Positions 25,556-33,657 of a stretch of 34,403 bases of DNA are shown here, in pieces. Source of the stretch: a virus. Taxonomy: Duplodnaviria > Caudoviricetes. The stretch covers positions 1-34,403 of the IMG/VR virus record IMGVR_UViG_3300034062_001508; one strand, 5' to 3'. Position numbers and translations under genes: made by a program. Position 1 is the stretch's first letter. Every line of letters begins with the position of its first letter. The notes below the pieces were generated by a model. That model had not been told where the DNA came from. It saw nothing but the letters and a program-made list of their open reading frames with translations, and searched no databases.

Positions 25556-26641
25556 ATGGCAGATGTCAAAATTTCAGCGTTACCAGCCTCAACTACGCCT
25601 CTTGCTGGTACTGAGGTATTGCCTGTTGTACAAGGCGCAACTACCAAACAAGTATCTATAGCTAATTTAACTGCGGGCAGAGCGGTATCAGCGGCTAGTT
25701 TAGCGTTAACTGGAACAGCGTTGCCAGTAAGTAGCGGCGGCACAGGTCAATCGTCATATACTGTTGGCGATATTCTTTATGCGTCAACTACTACCACACT
25801 ATCTAAATTAGCGGATGTGGCTACTGGTAATGCGCTTATTTCTGGCGGCGTAGGTGTTGAACCTTCATGGGGAAAAATTGGTCTTACAACTCATGTAAGT
25901 GGCACTCTACCCACAGCCAACGGCGGAACAAATTTAACGGGCTTTACTGCGGCCAATAACGCCATTTACTCTACTTCAGCTTCCGCTTTAACTGCGGGGA
26001 CTCTGCCTGTAGCTGCGGGCGGAACCGGCATGATTAACTTAAACTCTGGATGGGTTCCGTACGGCAATGGAACATCCCCGTTTAATTCTAGTGCTGATTT
26101 TTATTTTAGCGGAACAAATTTAGGTTTAGGAACTACAGCTCCAGTATATAGATTAAATGTCGCGGCTTCAGATACAACAAATGCAGTTGGTGGCTCTGCC
26201 GCAGCAATAAATATTACCAATGGTGATTCTGGCGCTTTTGGTAGGACGGCTGATTTAAACTTTAGCATTGGCGGCGGGACCGTTGCTGAAAAACTTGCTG
26301 GGCTTTCTGCTATATTTACAACTTATAACACCTCCGTTGCTGGCGCTTTAGCTTTTTGTACAAATAACGGGAATAGCTCTTATACAGAAAAAATGCGCGT
26401 TCATGCTTCTGGCGGTGTTTCTGTTGGCAACACTACCGACCCAGGCGCTGGCAATCTATCCGTAACAGGCACAGTTAGAACTCAAGGTTATACAGTTGCA
26501 ACATTACCTGCGGCTGGAACAGCAGGTCGTAGAGCCTATGTAACGGACGCAACTTTGCCAACTTATCTGGGAGCGCTAGTCGGTGGCGGCGCTGTAGTAT
26601 GTCCAGTATTTGATAATGGTACAGCTTGGGTTTCAGCTTAA
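25556..26641 (+). CDS. Second tail fibre-like protein
   Basis: MADVKISALP N-terminus, three LP(V/T)xxGGT repeats, C-terminal YTVATLPAAG...AYVTDA...PVFDNGTAW module. Confidence 0.75.
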   Translation: MADVKISALPASTTPLAGTEVLPVVQGATTKQVSIANLTAGRAVSAASLALTGTALPVSSGGTGQSSYTVGDILYASTTTTLSKLADVATGNALISGGVGVEPSWGKIGLTTHVSGTLPTANGGTNLTGFTAANNAIYSTSASALTAGTLPVAAGGTGMINLNSGWVPYGNGTSPFNSSADFYFSGTNLGLGTTAPVYRLNVAASDTTNAVGGSAAAINITNGDSGAFGRTADLNFSIGGGTVAEKLAGLSAIFTTYNTSVAGALAFCTNNGNSSYTEKMRVHASGGVSVGNTTDPGAGNLSVTGTVRTQGYTVATLPAAGTAGRRAYVTDATLPTYLGALVGGGAVVCPVFDNGTAWVSA

Positions 26642-26651
26642 TTATTAATAT

Positions 26652-26792
26652 ATGAAACAGATAAAAGTATTCCGCAAAGTCTTTAATAAAGTTTTTATTA
26701 AAGTTTTTGAGCGAGATTTGGGCGAGTTCAACCTTGAAACTGAGGATGGATTCAATTTATTGCAGGAAAACGGATTTTTAATCCGCATTTAA
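26652..26792 (+). CDS. Small protein, 46 aa, with (KVFx)4 repeat and LETEDG..LLQENG motif
   Basis: Missed by the ORF track; fills the gap between two genes; the L.TE.G..L.QE.G motif is typical of tail-associated proteins. No clear SD. Confidence 0.55.
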   Translation: MKQIKVFRKVFNKVFIKVFERDLGEFNLETEDGFNLLQENGFLIRI

Positions 26793-26804
26793 TAGGACTC
26801 CATT

Positions 26805-27095
26805 ATGGCAACCCTTACCACTAAAACGATTAGCGCTCAGAATACGTTTACTGACGCGGTGCTAACCGAGGGATACTTTAATCTATCTATCTCTGGCACA
26901 TTCGCTGCAACTGTAACCGTACAGCGCAGCTGGGACGCAACCAACTGGTACGATGTAGACGCATACACCGCGCCTACGCAAGAGGTTGGCTTTGACCCTG
27001 AGTTTACGTACTACCGTGCTGGCGTTAAGACTGGCGCCTACACATCGGGCGATGTAGTTATCCGCTTTGGCTCGGAAGATAAAGAGGAACATTAA
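26805..27095 (+). CDS. Hypothetical beta-sandwich virion protein
   Basis: ISGTFAATVTVQRSWDATNWYDV pattern; AGGA SD. Confidence 0.65.
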   Translation: MATLTTKTISAQNTFTDAVLTEGYFNLSISGTFAATVTVQRSWDATNWYDVDAYTAPTQEVGFDPEFTYYRAGVKTGAYTSGDVVIRFGSEDKEEH

Positions 27096-27097
27096 TC

Positions 27098-27292
27098 ATG
27101 TTTGTAATCGATTGGATACTAGCTAAGTTTAACTACCATAAGTTTTATAAGGTAGATGTTGATGCGCTCTTTGCTGAGTTTGATAAGAAAGATGCGGCCA
27201 AGCCAGCAGCAGCCAAGAAACGACCAGCTCGTAAAGTAGCTGCCAAGAAACCAGCGGCTAAGAAAGTAGCCACAGCGAGAAAGAAAGTCTAA
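27098..27292 (+). CDS. Small protein with Lys/Ala/Pro-rich histone H1-like tail
   Basis: AAKPAAAKKRPARKVAAKKPAAKKVA; GAGGA SD. Confidence 0.7.
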   Translation: MFVIDWILAKFNYHKFYKVDVDALFAEFDKKDAAKPAAAKKRPARKVAAKKPAAKKVATARKKV

Positions 27293-27294
27293 TC

Positions 27295-27477
27295 ATGTCT
27301 AACCTTACCGACCAAGAGCTGGAAGATATCGTGGAAAAAGTAACTGAGCGTGTGATCGAAAAGGTATACACCTCGGTTGGTAAATCCATTGTGACTAAGT
27401 TCTTCTGGATTGTAGGAGTGGGCGCTGTTGGCCTCGTAACTTACTTGGCTAGTATTGGCCACATCAAGGTCGGTTAA
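27295..27477 (+). CDS. Small membrane protein in the lysis region
   Basis: One C-terminal hydrophobic segment, FFWIVGVGAVGLVTYLA. Confidence 0.65.
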   Translation: MSNLTDQELEDIVEKVTERVIEKVYTSVGKSIVTKFFWIVGVGAVGLVTYLASIGHIKVG

Positions 27478-27479
27478 GA

Positions 27480-27950
27480 ATGATTGAAACCCTGCTAGGC
27501 TCTCTGCTTGGTGGTGTATTCCGCATAGTCCCAGAGGTAATGAAACTGTGGGATGCAAAGAATGAGCGTGAGCATGAGCTTGCGATGCTAGGCAAGGAGA
27601 TGGAGTTCGCCCAGATTAAGGGCGAGATATCCATGCGTGAGCAAGAGACTGTGCTCATGGGCAAAGAGCTGGACGCTATGACAGAGGCGCTCAAAGAGCA
27701 AGGCGAGACAGCTAGAGCATCCGGCCAGTTCATCTCTGCTATCTCCGCAGCTGTAAGGCCTCTCGTTACATACTGGTTTGTAACCCTGTACTCCATTGTC
27801 AAGCTGGCATCGATCCTGATGGCCGTTGATGCTGGCGCAGAATGGAAGGAAGTACTGGTCAGCTCATGGTCTGAAGATGACATGGCTCTGCTGATGATGG
27901 TACTTACCTTTTGGTTTGTTGGCAGGATATGGGACAGAACCAGGCACTAA
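27480..27950 (+). CDS. Putative holin (3TM/GTA-type)
   Basis: LLGSLLGGVF N-terminus, ERxHEL, AAVRPLVTY and FWFVGR motifs; directly upstream of the endolysin. Confidence 0.7.
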   Translation: MIETLLGSLLGGVFRIVPEVMKLWDAKNEREHELAMLGKEMEFAQIKGEISMREQETVLMGKELDAMTEALKEQGETARASGQFISAISAAVRPLVTYWFVTLYSIVKLASILMAVDAGAEWKEVLVSSWSEDDMALLMMVLTFWFVGRIWDRTRH

Positions 27951-28387
27951 TCCTAGCTGCAGATCTGTGCAGATTTTTTGAGGGATTTTCCAGCAAACCC
28001 TATATCTGCCCAGCTGGCTATCCAACCATCGGATACGGCACCGTATACAAGCCTGATGGCACCAAAGTAACCATGCAAGACCAGCCCATATCTAAGGAGC
28101 TGGCAAACGACTGGCTCATGCGCGAGCTGGAGTACAACTACATGGCTGGTGTACTCAAGGCATCGCCCATTCTAATAACCAATCAGAGGCTATTAGCGGC
28201 CATTACAGACTTTGCATACAACCTTGGGGTAGGTAGGTATCGGGCAAGCACTCTAAAGCGCAGGGTGGACTCTAACGACCTGCTAGGGGTAGAGACAGAA
28301 CTAAGAAAATGGATTAGGGGTGGCGGCAGGGTACTGCCTGGCTTAGTTAAGCGCAGGCAGGCCGAGATCGATTTATTCCGCAGCTGA
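27929..28387 (+). CDS. Endolysin, GH24 phage lysozyme
   Basis: EGFSSKPYICPAGYPTIGYG (E-X8-C-X5-T), FAYNLG, GLVKRRQAE. Confidence 0.93.
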   Translation: MGQNQALILAADLCRFFEGFSSKPYICPAGYPTIGYGTVYKPDGTKVTMQDQPISKELANDWLMRELEYNYMAGVLKASPILITNQRLLAAITDFAYNLGVGRYRASTLKRRVDSNDLLGVETELRKWIRGGGRVLPGLVKRRQAEIDLFRS

Positions 28388-29317
28388 CGCGTCAATAGCT
28401 TGTTTGCGTTTCTGCTTGTGTGCAGTCATGCCAACCTTTTGAATCGTAGTCAGCATAGAAAGTACATCTGCGTTTAAGGTATTAAACTCTGCAATCTTTT
28501 GGATTTTGAGGTCAGCAGCCAGCCTTGATCTAGCCACCTTATCTGCCAGCTCGTTATAGCGATCCATCCATGCGTTCATGCCATCATGCAGCTCAGAGGG
28601 TTTGCCGGGGATGTTTAGCTTGAATGTTCCAGGCGGCTGTATCTGATCGGATACAATCTCAACTGTTGTATTTTCGACACACTCTGCAGCTGGTATATCC
28701 AAAACTTCTGGCTCTGAAACTGACACAGAAGGGATGGCATCCAGCGGGTTAGCGTGCTTAATCTGCGGTGCCTGCGCTACTGGCGTATCGTCTGGGTAAT
28801 CCTGAGCCTCCTCAACCGTGATTAAACCCTTCAAAACGTCTGGAAACGCATCCCGCAGGGCAAAGCCACGGGCTCGCATCTGTAGCATACGCTTAGGGTA
28901 CTGAGTCCAAGGCCCTTGCTTATTCCACAGGCCAGCTCGCTTGGCATCCTCAACTGAGTACTTGCTGATTACCTCGGTACGATTCTTACGCTTGGCCACG
29001 CAGACCGCTATTGGATTGCTAGTACCCTCGCCTTCAAAGTACTCCTTCACATCCTCACAGACGGGTGAGTTCTGGACTAAGGCCATCGCTGCGTCACCGT
29101 ATACGCTTGGCTTACCGTTGATAGTCGCGATATTCTGCAAAGCCTGTAGTGGTGCTAGGCCGAGCTCGTATCCCCATTGCACAGCTACCAGCACATCCTC
29201 TGGTTTATTTTGGTAGGCCTTGGGAACCATCGTACTTTTACTCAGCATATTGCTGAAGTCGATAGCCTCTGTCATGGTCTGCGGCGCAAACCCTTGATGC
29301 TTTACTAGGTTAGTCAT
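28373..29317 (-). CDS. RecT/Redbeta-like single-strand annealing protein
   Basis: VPKAYQNKP...GYELGL.P.QALQNI..INGKP...W..YPKRML..RA..FALRDAFPDVLKG; adjacent to the exonuclease. Confidence 0.82.
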   Translation of the reverse strand: MTNLVKHQGFAPQTMTEAIDFSNMLSKSTMVPKAYQNKPEDVLVAVQWGYELGLAPLQALQNIATINGKPSVYGDAAMALVQNSPVCEDVKEYFEGEGTSNPIAVCVAKRKNRTEVISKYSVEDAKRAGLWNKQGPWTQYPKRMLQMRARGFALRDAFPDVLKGLITVEEAQDYPDDTPVAQAPQIKHANPLDAIPSVSVSEPEVLDIPAAECVENTTVEIVSDQIQPPGTFKLNIPGKPSELHDGMNAWMDRYNELADKVARSRLAADLKIQKIAEFNTLNADVLSMLTTIQKVGMTAHKQKRKQAIDASAAE

Positions 29318-30270
29318 TTCAATTCCTTAATCGTTAAAGTGGATTGACGTACTGTGTACGCCTCTTTTGCTGGTGTAATCGTTGCTGGCTTGGCTTTGTA
29401 GCTGCGGACTGGCCAGCTGATCTGATACTGCCCTGCTACCCCGTGAGTATGGTTCTGCATAATGCCCATAATCTCGGTCTGTATCTTGCTATTTTCCTCT
29501 TCTGCTTTTGTAATTTTTGCCTTGTTTTCCAAAAGTAATTTGGTTAACTCCTCGACATAATTATCTAAGACTACTGGCTCATCATCCGAGCCTGAGCTAA
29601 AAGTACGAGCTGCATCTTTAGGATTGATAGGTGGGTAGTAATCAATCTCGCCTGTGTTTTTCCAGCGATCTAGCTTGTCTTGAAACTCTTTGCAGGTCTT
29701 TTCGATCAGCTCTAGCGTTGCCGGGTGTTGTTTAAACAAGAATATACGCAACTCGGTACCCTGATACAGCGTAGCAATCGCGCCCCATGTGGCTTTGTAG
29801 ATAGCCATCTGTGCTTGCAACTGTATAGGGCCACGATACAGAGGCAGCACATCCTCCGCTGGCATCGAGGTTAGCTTGGCCTCGATGATGCCTGTACCAC
29901 TCAGTACGATACTTTCGCTGCCAACCACGTAAATACCCTTCTCTGGATCTGTAAACACCTCGTTTACATTGCCTGTGGCTGTGCCATCAAGAGAGCAGCA
30001 CAAAGGCCACTTATCGTGAAAGTAAGGGAATGGGTGCTCGATCTCTAGCTGGCTGCACCCAAGCCTGTTAGCGGCCTCCATGAGAATGGTTGGCTCTAGC
30101 CTGTTGCCCCATGCCATCGCCTCGTTGCCGATGTCTGGCGGGGTAATGCCTTTTAGAAAATCAATGGATGACAGCAGCTCATCATTGGGGGATCTGTACT
30201 TGCTCATTCCACAAACCGCTGGGATGCGGCTTGCAGAGAGCATATCGTTCGGAGTGACTTTACCTACCAT
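29314..30270 (-). CDS. YqaJ/lambda-exonuclease-like recombinase nuclease
   Basis: SASRIPAVCGMSKYRS, WGNRLEP, SLDG, IEAK and QLQAQM motifs. Confidence 0.88.
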   Translation of the reverse strand: MVGKVTPNDMLSASRIPAVCGMSKYRSPNDELLSSIDFLKGITPPDIGNEAMAWGNRLEPTILMEAANRLGCSQLEIEHPFPYFHDKWPLCCSLDGTATGNVNEVFTDPEKGIYVVGSESIVLSGTGIIEAKLTSMPAEDVLPLYRGPIQLQAQMAIYKATWGAIATLYQGTELRIFLFKQHPATLELIEKTCKEFQDKLDRWKNTGEIDYYPPINPKDAARTFSSGSDDEPVVLDNYVEELTKLLLENKAKITKAEEENSKIQTEIMGIMQNHTHGVAGQYQISWPVRSYKAKPATITPAKEAYTVRQSTLTIKELK

Positions 30271-30273
30271 TTT

Positions 30274-30444
30274 TTATACCTCGGTTTCTGTTCTTGATTC
30301 TAGGATTGCTGCTAGGCTAATCGCGCACCGAGCTACTTCTGCTGCCAGATTGCTGGCTGATTCATAGTTGTTGGCCTGCGCGGCCTTGTGTACCTCTTGC
30401 ATCAGGCGATTAATCATTAGCAAATATTGGGAGTAGTCAATCAT
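30274..30444 (-). CDS. Hypothetical protein, 56 aa (MIDYSQYLL...)
   Basis: GGAGG SD and ATGA overlap with the upstream gene favour a start at 30444. Confidence 0.7.
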   Translation of the reverse strand: MIDYSQYLLMINRLMQEVHKAAQANNYESASNLAAEVARCAISLAAILESRTETEV

Positions 30445-30689
30445 TTTTTGACCTCCTTCATAGCTGCCATTTTGGGTGAGCTCTTGTAAATGTAGCGTTT
30501 CCACTTGTGCGTTACGTTATCTGGATCGCACTCGTAGAAGTCGGTAATACGCCAGCCGCTACTGCGTAGCATATGGATGTAGTGCGCTAGGCGGGTGATG
30601 CCGTACTGCTCAATTACATCCCAGCTGGTAAGGCCTTTGGCTCTGCGGCGCTTGAGCTCTGATTGGATGATTTCAAATTGCGTAGTCAT
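30441..30689 (-). CDS. Winged HTH protein (HTH_39-like)
   Basis: TQ..II...L.....LTSWD....YGITRLA..I..LR..GW.I pattern. Confidence 0.75.
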   Translation of the reverse strand: MTTQFEIIQSELKRRRAKGLTSWDVIEQYGITRLAHYIHMLRSSGWRITDFYECDPDNVTHKWKRYIYKSSPKMAAMKEVKK

Positions 30690-30853
30690 TTTGACTTCCT
30701 TTCATTGTTGGCTGCTGAATGGCGATAAACTTCCCACTTGGCTTGAAAGCGCAAGTCCTCTGATGGCGGCTCCCAGCCCATGCGCTTGAAGGTATCAAGC
30801 ACGTTGGTCTTGGCCGCTGGTATATACGGGCGGTGTATATCTAATAATCTCAT
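30686..30853 (-). CDS. Hypothetical protein, 55 aa (MRLLDIHRPYIPAAKTNV...GWEPPS)
   Basis: Missed by the track; AAGGAG SD; ATGA overlap downstream. Confidence 0.75.
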   Translation of the reverse strand: MRLLDIHRPYIPAAKTNVLDTFKRMGWEPPSEDLRFQAKWEVYRHSAANNERKSK

Positions 30854-30862
30854 TGCTGCTCC

Positions 30863-30988
30863 TTATGTAAGTAATGCAATTACAACGAAAGCTAGCATGG
30901 CCACAGTACCGATGACCTTATCTAGCAGGGAATCCTCAGACTTGTACAAGTCCTTGGAAGATTTGTTGTGCTCGTTCATGGATGTCAT
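30863..30988 (-). CDS. Small membrane peptide, 41 aa
   Basis: C-terminal VIGTVAMLAFVVIALL; ATGA-coupled to the upstream gene. Confidence 0.65.
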   Translation of the reverse strand: MTSMNEHNKSSKDLYKSEDSLLDKVIGTVAMLAFVVIALLT

Positions 30989-31164
30989 TTCTTTAGATCC
31001 TTTAAAAATTCCTCAACCAAGCGCTCGCGGCGCTCCCGCTTGTACCGCTTATAAATATCGGTATCGCCTACGTACATACAGAGCAAACCGATTACAGCTG
31101 CAAAAAACACAAACAGAGCTGCCGCATACATCACCGTCAGCGTGAAGATTAAAAACTCATACAT
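30985..31164 (-). CDS. Small membrane protein, 59 aa
   Basis: N-terminal hydrophobic helix then charged tail KRYKRERRER; overlaps the recombinase stop; AGGAG SD. Confidence 0.7.
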   Translation of the reverse strand: MYEFLIFTLTVMYAAALFVFFAAVIGLLCMYVGDTDIYKRYKRERRERLVEEFLKDLKK

Positions 31165-31807
31165 GGGCTACTCTCCTGATTAATTTAGCTACTTGAGCTG
31201 GGTGCCAAACTTCATTACCTTTGGCTGTCTTGATACCGCGAGCGCGTAACCCTTGGGCTACATCTCGCAAGTTTGTGCCTACCTGCTTGATTACATCCTG
31301 TAGGCTTGGCGCTACTAAAGTAGCAAAGGCATCAGCCTTGGCCACAATCGCGTCAGAACCAGCCTTAGAGCCCTTCTCTGGGCATGGGCTACCTAAGACA
31401 GTACCGCGTGCTTTGGCGGCCTGTAGGGCTGATTTAGTGCGCTCTGATATCTTCTTAGCCTCCCACTCAGCAAACACAGCAGCCATCTGTAGGAATGTGC
31501 GGTCTGCCTCCGGCATATCAGCTGCTACGAACTGTACGCCAGACTCTAAGAGGCCTGAGATGAAATGCACGTTACGTGCCAGGCGGTCTAGCTTGGCGAT
31601 TACAAGGGTAGCCTTCTGCTTTTTAGCAAGGGCCAAAGCAGCTGCGAGCTGTACGCGATCCGACTTACGGCCAGACTCAACCTCGGTGAACTCAGCAATA
31701 ATCTCTTTGCCTGCTAGGAAGGTTTGCACAGCTGCACGCTGCGCCTCAAGGCCAAGGCCTGACTGGCCCTGGCGCTGTGTGGATACGCGGTAGTAGGTTA
31801 CGTACAT
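31157..31807 (-). CDS. Small serine recombinase (resolvase/invertase family)
   Basis: YYRVST (catalytic Ser9), ESG...R, KLDRLAR; short C-terminal HTH-like region; 216 aa. Confidence 0.93.
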   Translation of the reverse strand: MYVTYYRVSTQRQGQSGLGLEAQRAAVQTFLAGKEIIAEFTEVESGRKSDRVQLAAALALAKKQKATLVIAKLDRLARNVHFISGLLESGVQFVAADMPEADRTFLQMAAVFAEWEAKKISERTKSALQAAKARGTVLGSPCPEKGSKAGSDAIVAKADAFATLVAPSLQDVIKQVGTNLRDVAQGLRARGIKTAKGNEVWHPAQVAKLIRRVAHV

Positions 31808-32112
31808 TATGCAACCTCGCTGATAAACTTTTTAGCCATCTCAATGTGGCGCTCAAGACCACGTAAGGTTGCCTGTAAGTCGTGTGGGCAAACTCTTTTT
31901 GAGCCCATCAAATTACGTAAGTTATCTACGTAAAAAGAATTGAGTGAGCCGTATGCAACGATAGCGCCTGACTTGCATTTGCCAGCATCAACAAGTGCGG
32001 AAATCTCTTTGTCTAATTCGTCTTTTGCGGCTACTAGGCCTAGTAAGCTGAAGTAATGAAACTTAGCTTTTTTTACGTTGCTCCAAGACTGCTTGTAAGT
32101 ACCTTTGCTCAT
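31807..32112 (-). CDS. Hypothetical protein, 101 aa, first gene of the leftward operon
   Basis: GAGGAG SD before ATG 32112; stop overlaps the recombinase start. Confidence 0.72.
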   Translation of the reverse strand: MSKGTYKQSWSNVKKAKFHYFSLLGLVAAKDELDKEISALVDAGKCKSGAIVAYGSLNSFYVDNLRNLMGSKRVCPHDLQATLRGLERHIEMAKKFISEVA

Positions 32113-32141
32113 TTTGTTAACTCCTCTATCTGGGTGGTTAA

Positions 32142-32190
32142 AAGCGATATCGCTTAGGTGTGACTTTACCACAGCTGCAATACCCGTCAA
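32142..32190 (-). promoter_or_regulatory. Leftward sigma70 promoter with palindromic operator
   Basis: On the minus strand: TTGACG, 16 nt ending in TGG (extended -10), TAAAGT, then the palindrome AAGCGATATCGCTT (32142-32155). Confidence 0.7.
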
Positions 32191-32365
32191 GAACTATATG
32201 TAGTGAAAACAACACTATTTCATAGGTGTTTACCCTATGAGTTAGGCTACGGGTAGTTTTCCTGTATGCTCTGAGATATCGGGTAGCTTGACACTATTCA
32301 GCTCAGTCCTATCTCGTCAGGCACGACTAAAAAGACCTGCTACCCGGCCAACTAAAAGGATCAAT

Positions 32366-32539
32366 ATGTCAGAACTAAAGCCATTCTTAGTGCGTTTGCG
32401 GCCAGATGTGCGTGAGCTGCTAGTGCAGGCAGCGCAAGAGCGCAAGAAACCCATAGCCAGCGTTATCAATGATGAGCTGCGCGTTGCCCTTGGCAAGACT
32501 GGGAACCTTAACCAGCGCCTTACGCAACTGCTCGGATGA
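32366..32539 (+). CDS. Arc/ribbon-helix-helix repressor
   Basis: KPFLVRLRPDVRELLVQAAQERKKPIASVINDEL: beta ribbon with alternating hydrophobics plus two helices; AAGGA SD. Confidence 0.8.
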   Translation: MSELKPFLVRLRPDVRELLVQAAQERKKPIASVINDELRVALGKTGNLNQRLTQLLG

Positions 32540-32889
32540 TTATTCTTACGCTGCCGTTCCCGCCATCGGTCAATACGTACTACAGGCGCGGAGCCCATGC
32601 GACCTACATGAGCAAGCAGGGGCGCGAATACAAATGTAAGGTAGCGGATTACATTGCACAGAGCAATAGTCCCAAATTGGGATCTGCGAGGCTCTACCTG
32701 GAGATCGTGCTGTGGCCCAAAGACAAGCGCAAGTTCGATATCGATAACCGTATCAAAGCGCTGCTGGATAGCCTGCAAGATGCTGGTGTATTCGATGACG
32801 ATGAGCAGATAGATCAGATGCACGTTTACAGAGGCTCGCATATCGTATCAGGCGGCCAGGCAAGGGTAATGATTGAGGTTATTGAATGA
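32536..32889 (+). CDS. rusA: Holliday junction resolvase RusA
   Basis: LPFPPSVNTY, DIDNRIKALLDSL..AGVFDDDEQI catalytic motifs. Confidence 0.93.
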   Translation: MIILTLPFPPSVNTYYRRGAHATYMSKQGREYKCKVADYIAQSNSPKLGSARLYLEIVLWPKDKRKFDIDNRIKALLDSLQDAGVFDDDEQIDQMHVYRGSHIVSGGQARVMIEVIE

Positions 32890-33083
32890 GCCATGAGAAT
32901 GATGTGTACACAAAGGCCGTACAGGCTGACAGCTCGATTACGGGCAAGCGCTGGTGCTCTAACTGCCAGTTCGGCAAAGACCATAGGAATGGTGCATGGA
33001 TCGTAAGCGCAAACAAAAGGCAAAAGAGGTGGGTCTGCAAGGATTGTTGGGAGAGGAAACAAGCGAGGGAGGCGGCCAAGTAG
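32886..33083 (+). CDS. Small zinc-finger protein
   Basis: CSNC...CKDC; ATGA-coupled to rusA. Confidence 0.72.
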   Translation: MSHENDVYTKAVQADSSITGKRWCSNCQFGKDHRNGAWIVSANKRQKRWVCKDCWERKQAREAAK

Positions 33084-33346
33084 ATGTACGACTCCAATGT
33101 CTCGCTTGCGGTCAAGTTCACGGATCATCCAGGCTACTTCATCTGCCGGATGGCCGCACAGTCGGAAACTACTCGGAAGAATACCGCCTGTATGCTGAGG
33201 CTGCCGGAGTACTCAAGAGATTTAGAACTCGAAAGACCAGACAGCTGCACCTCGCGAGAGTGGCAGAGGTGCGTGGCAATGCTAGCTATGAGCAGCTCAG
33301 AAACGCCATGTTAGAGATATACGAAAGAGAAAAGAATGATACTTAG
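32996..33346 (+). CDS. Phage hypothetical protein (start uncertain, probably downstream of 32996)
   Basis: CLAC...YSEEYRL..EA..VL...R..HL..V...RG...L pattern seen in phage replication regions. Confidence 0.6.
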   Translation: MDRKRKQKAKEVGLQGLLGEETSEGGGQVDVRLQCLACGQVHGSSRLLHLPDGRTVGNYSEEYRLYAEAAGVLKRFRTRKTRQLHLARVAEVRGNASYEQLRNAMLEIYEREKNDT

Positions 33347-33503
33347 CTGCGGCTGTAGATCCGAGTATGAGGGCATATTCTGCGAATGGGATGCCGAATC
33401 GAATGAATGTGAGCCAGCCATAGCCTATGGATGTGTATGTGCCAAATGCTACCTAGAGCTGGGCGCGAGACCAACAGAGAAAGAAAAGAATGATTTGCCC
33501 TAA
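33336..33503 (+). CDS. Cys-rich hypothetical protein, 55 aa
   Basis: MILSCGC...CVCAKC; overlaps both neighbours; missed by the track. Confidence 0.6.
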   Translation: MILSCGCRSEYEGIFCEWDAESNECEPAIAYGCVCAKCYLELGARPTEKEKNDLP

Positions 33504-33657
33504 TCAGCATTGCGATAGCGAAGATATCAAGGTAGCAGAGACACGTAAGCACGACCAGCGCAACTGGGTTTGCAGGCGTAGAGTCTGCCGAGAATGTGGC
33601 TACAGCTGGTGGAGCAATGAGATACCGCTATTTGAATTACCTATCAGTTTGAAGTAA
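33490..33657 (+). CDS. NrdR-N-like zinc-ribbon protein, 55 aa
   Basis: MICPNQHC....KVAETR......RRRVCRECG..W...E matches the NrdR N-terminal ribbon pattern. Confidence 0.75.
   Translation: MICPNQHCDSEDIKVAETRKHDQRNWVCRRRVCRECGYSWWSNEIPLFELPISLK

Noticed and set aside
5319-25743. Numerous minus-strand ORFs of 60-200 aa opposite structural genes (e.g. 9476-10030, 10524-11126)
   Set aside because: Antisense shadows of well-supported plus-strand genes, without motifs or SD sequences.
27929-28050. SAR endolysin with disulfide switch (catalytic Cys as in P1 Lyz)
   Set aside because: The N-terminal hydrophobic stretch is too short for a SAR domain, and CPAG variants are common in GH24.
30780-31793. 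Plus-strand ORFs 30780-31145 and 31221-31793
   Set aside because: Antisense to coupled minus-strand genes, including the serine recombinase.
33084-33314. 76-aa alternative-frame ORF (MYDSNV...)
   Set aside because: The overlapping frame ending at 33346 has the recognisable phage motif; the ATG right after the upstream stop is noted but unsupported.
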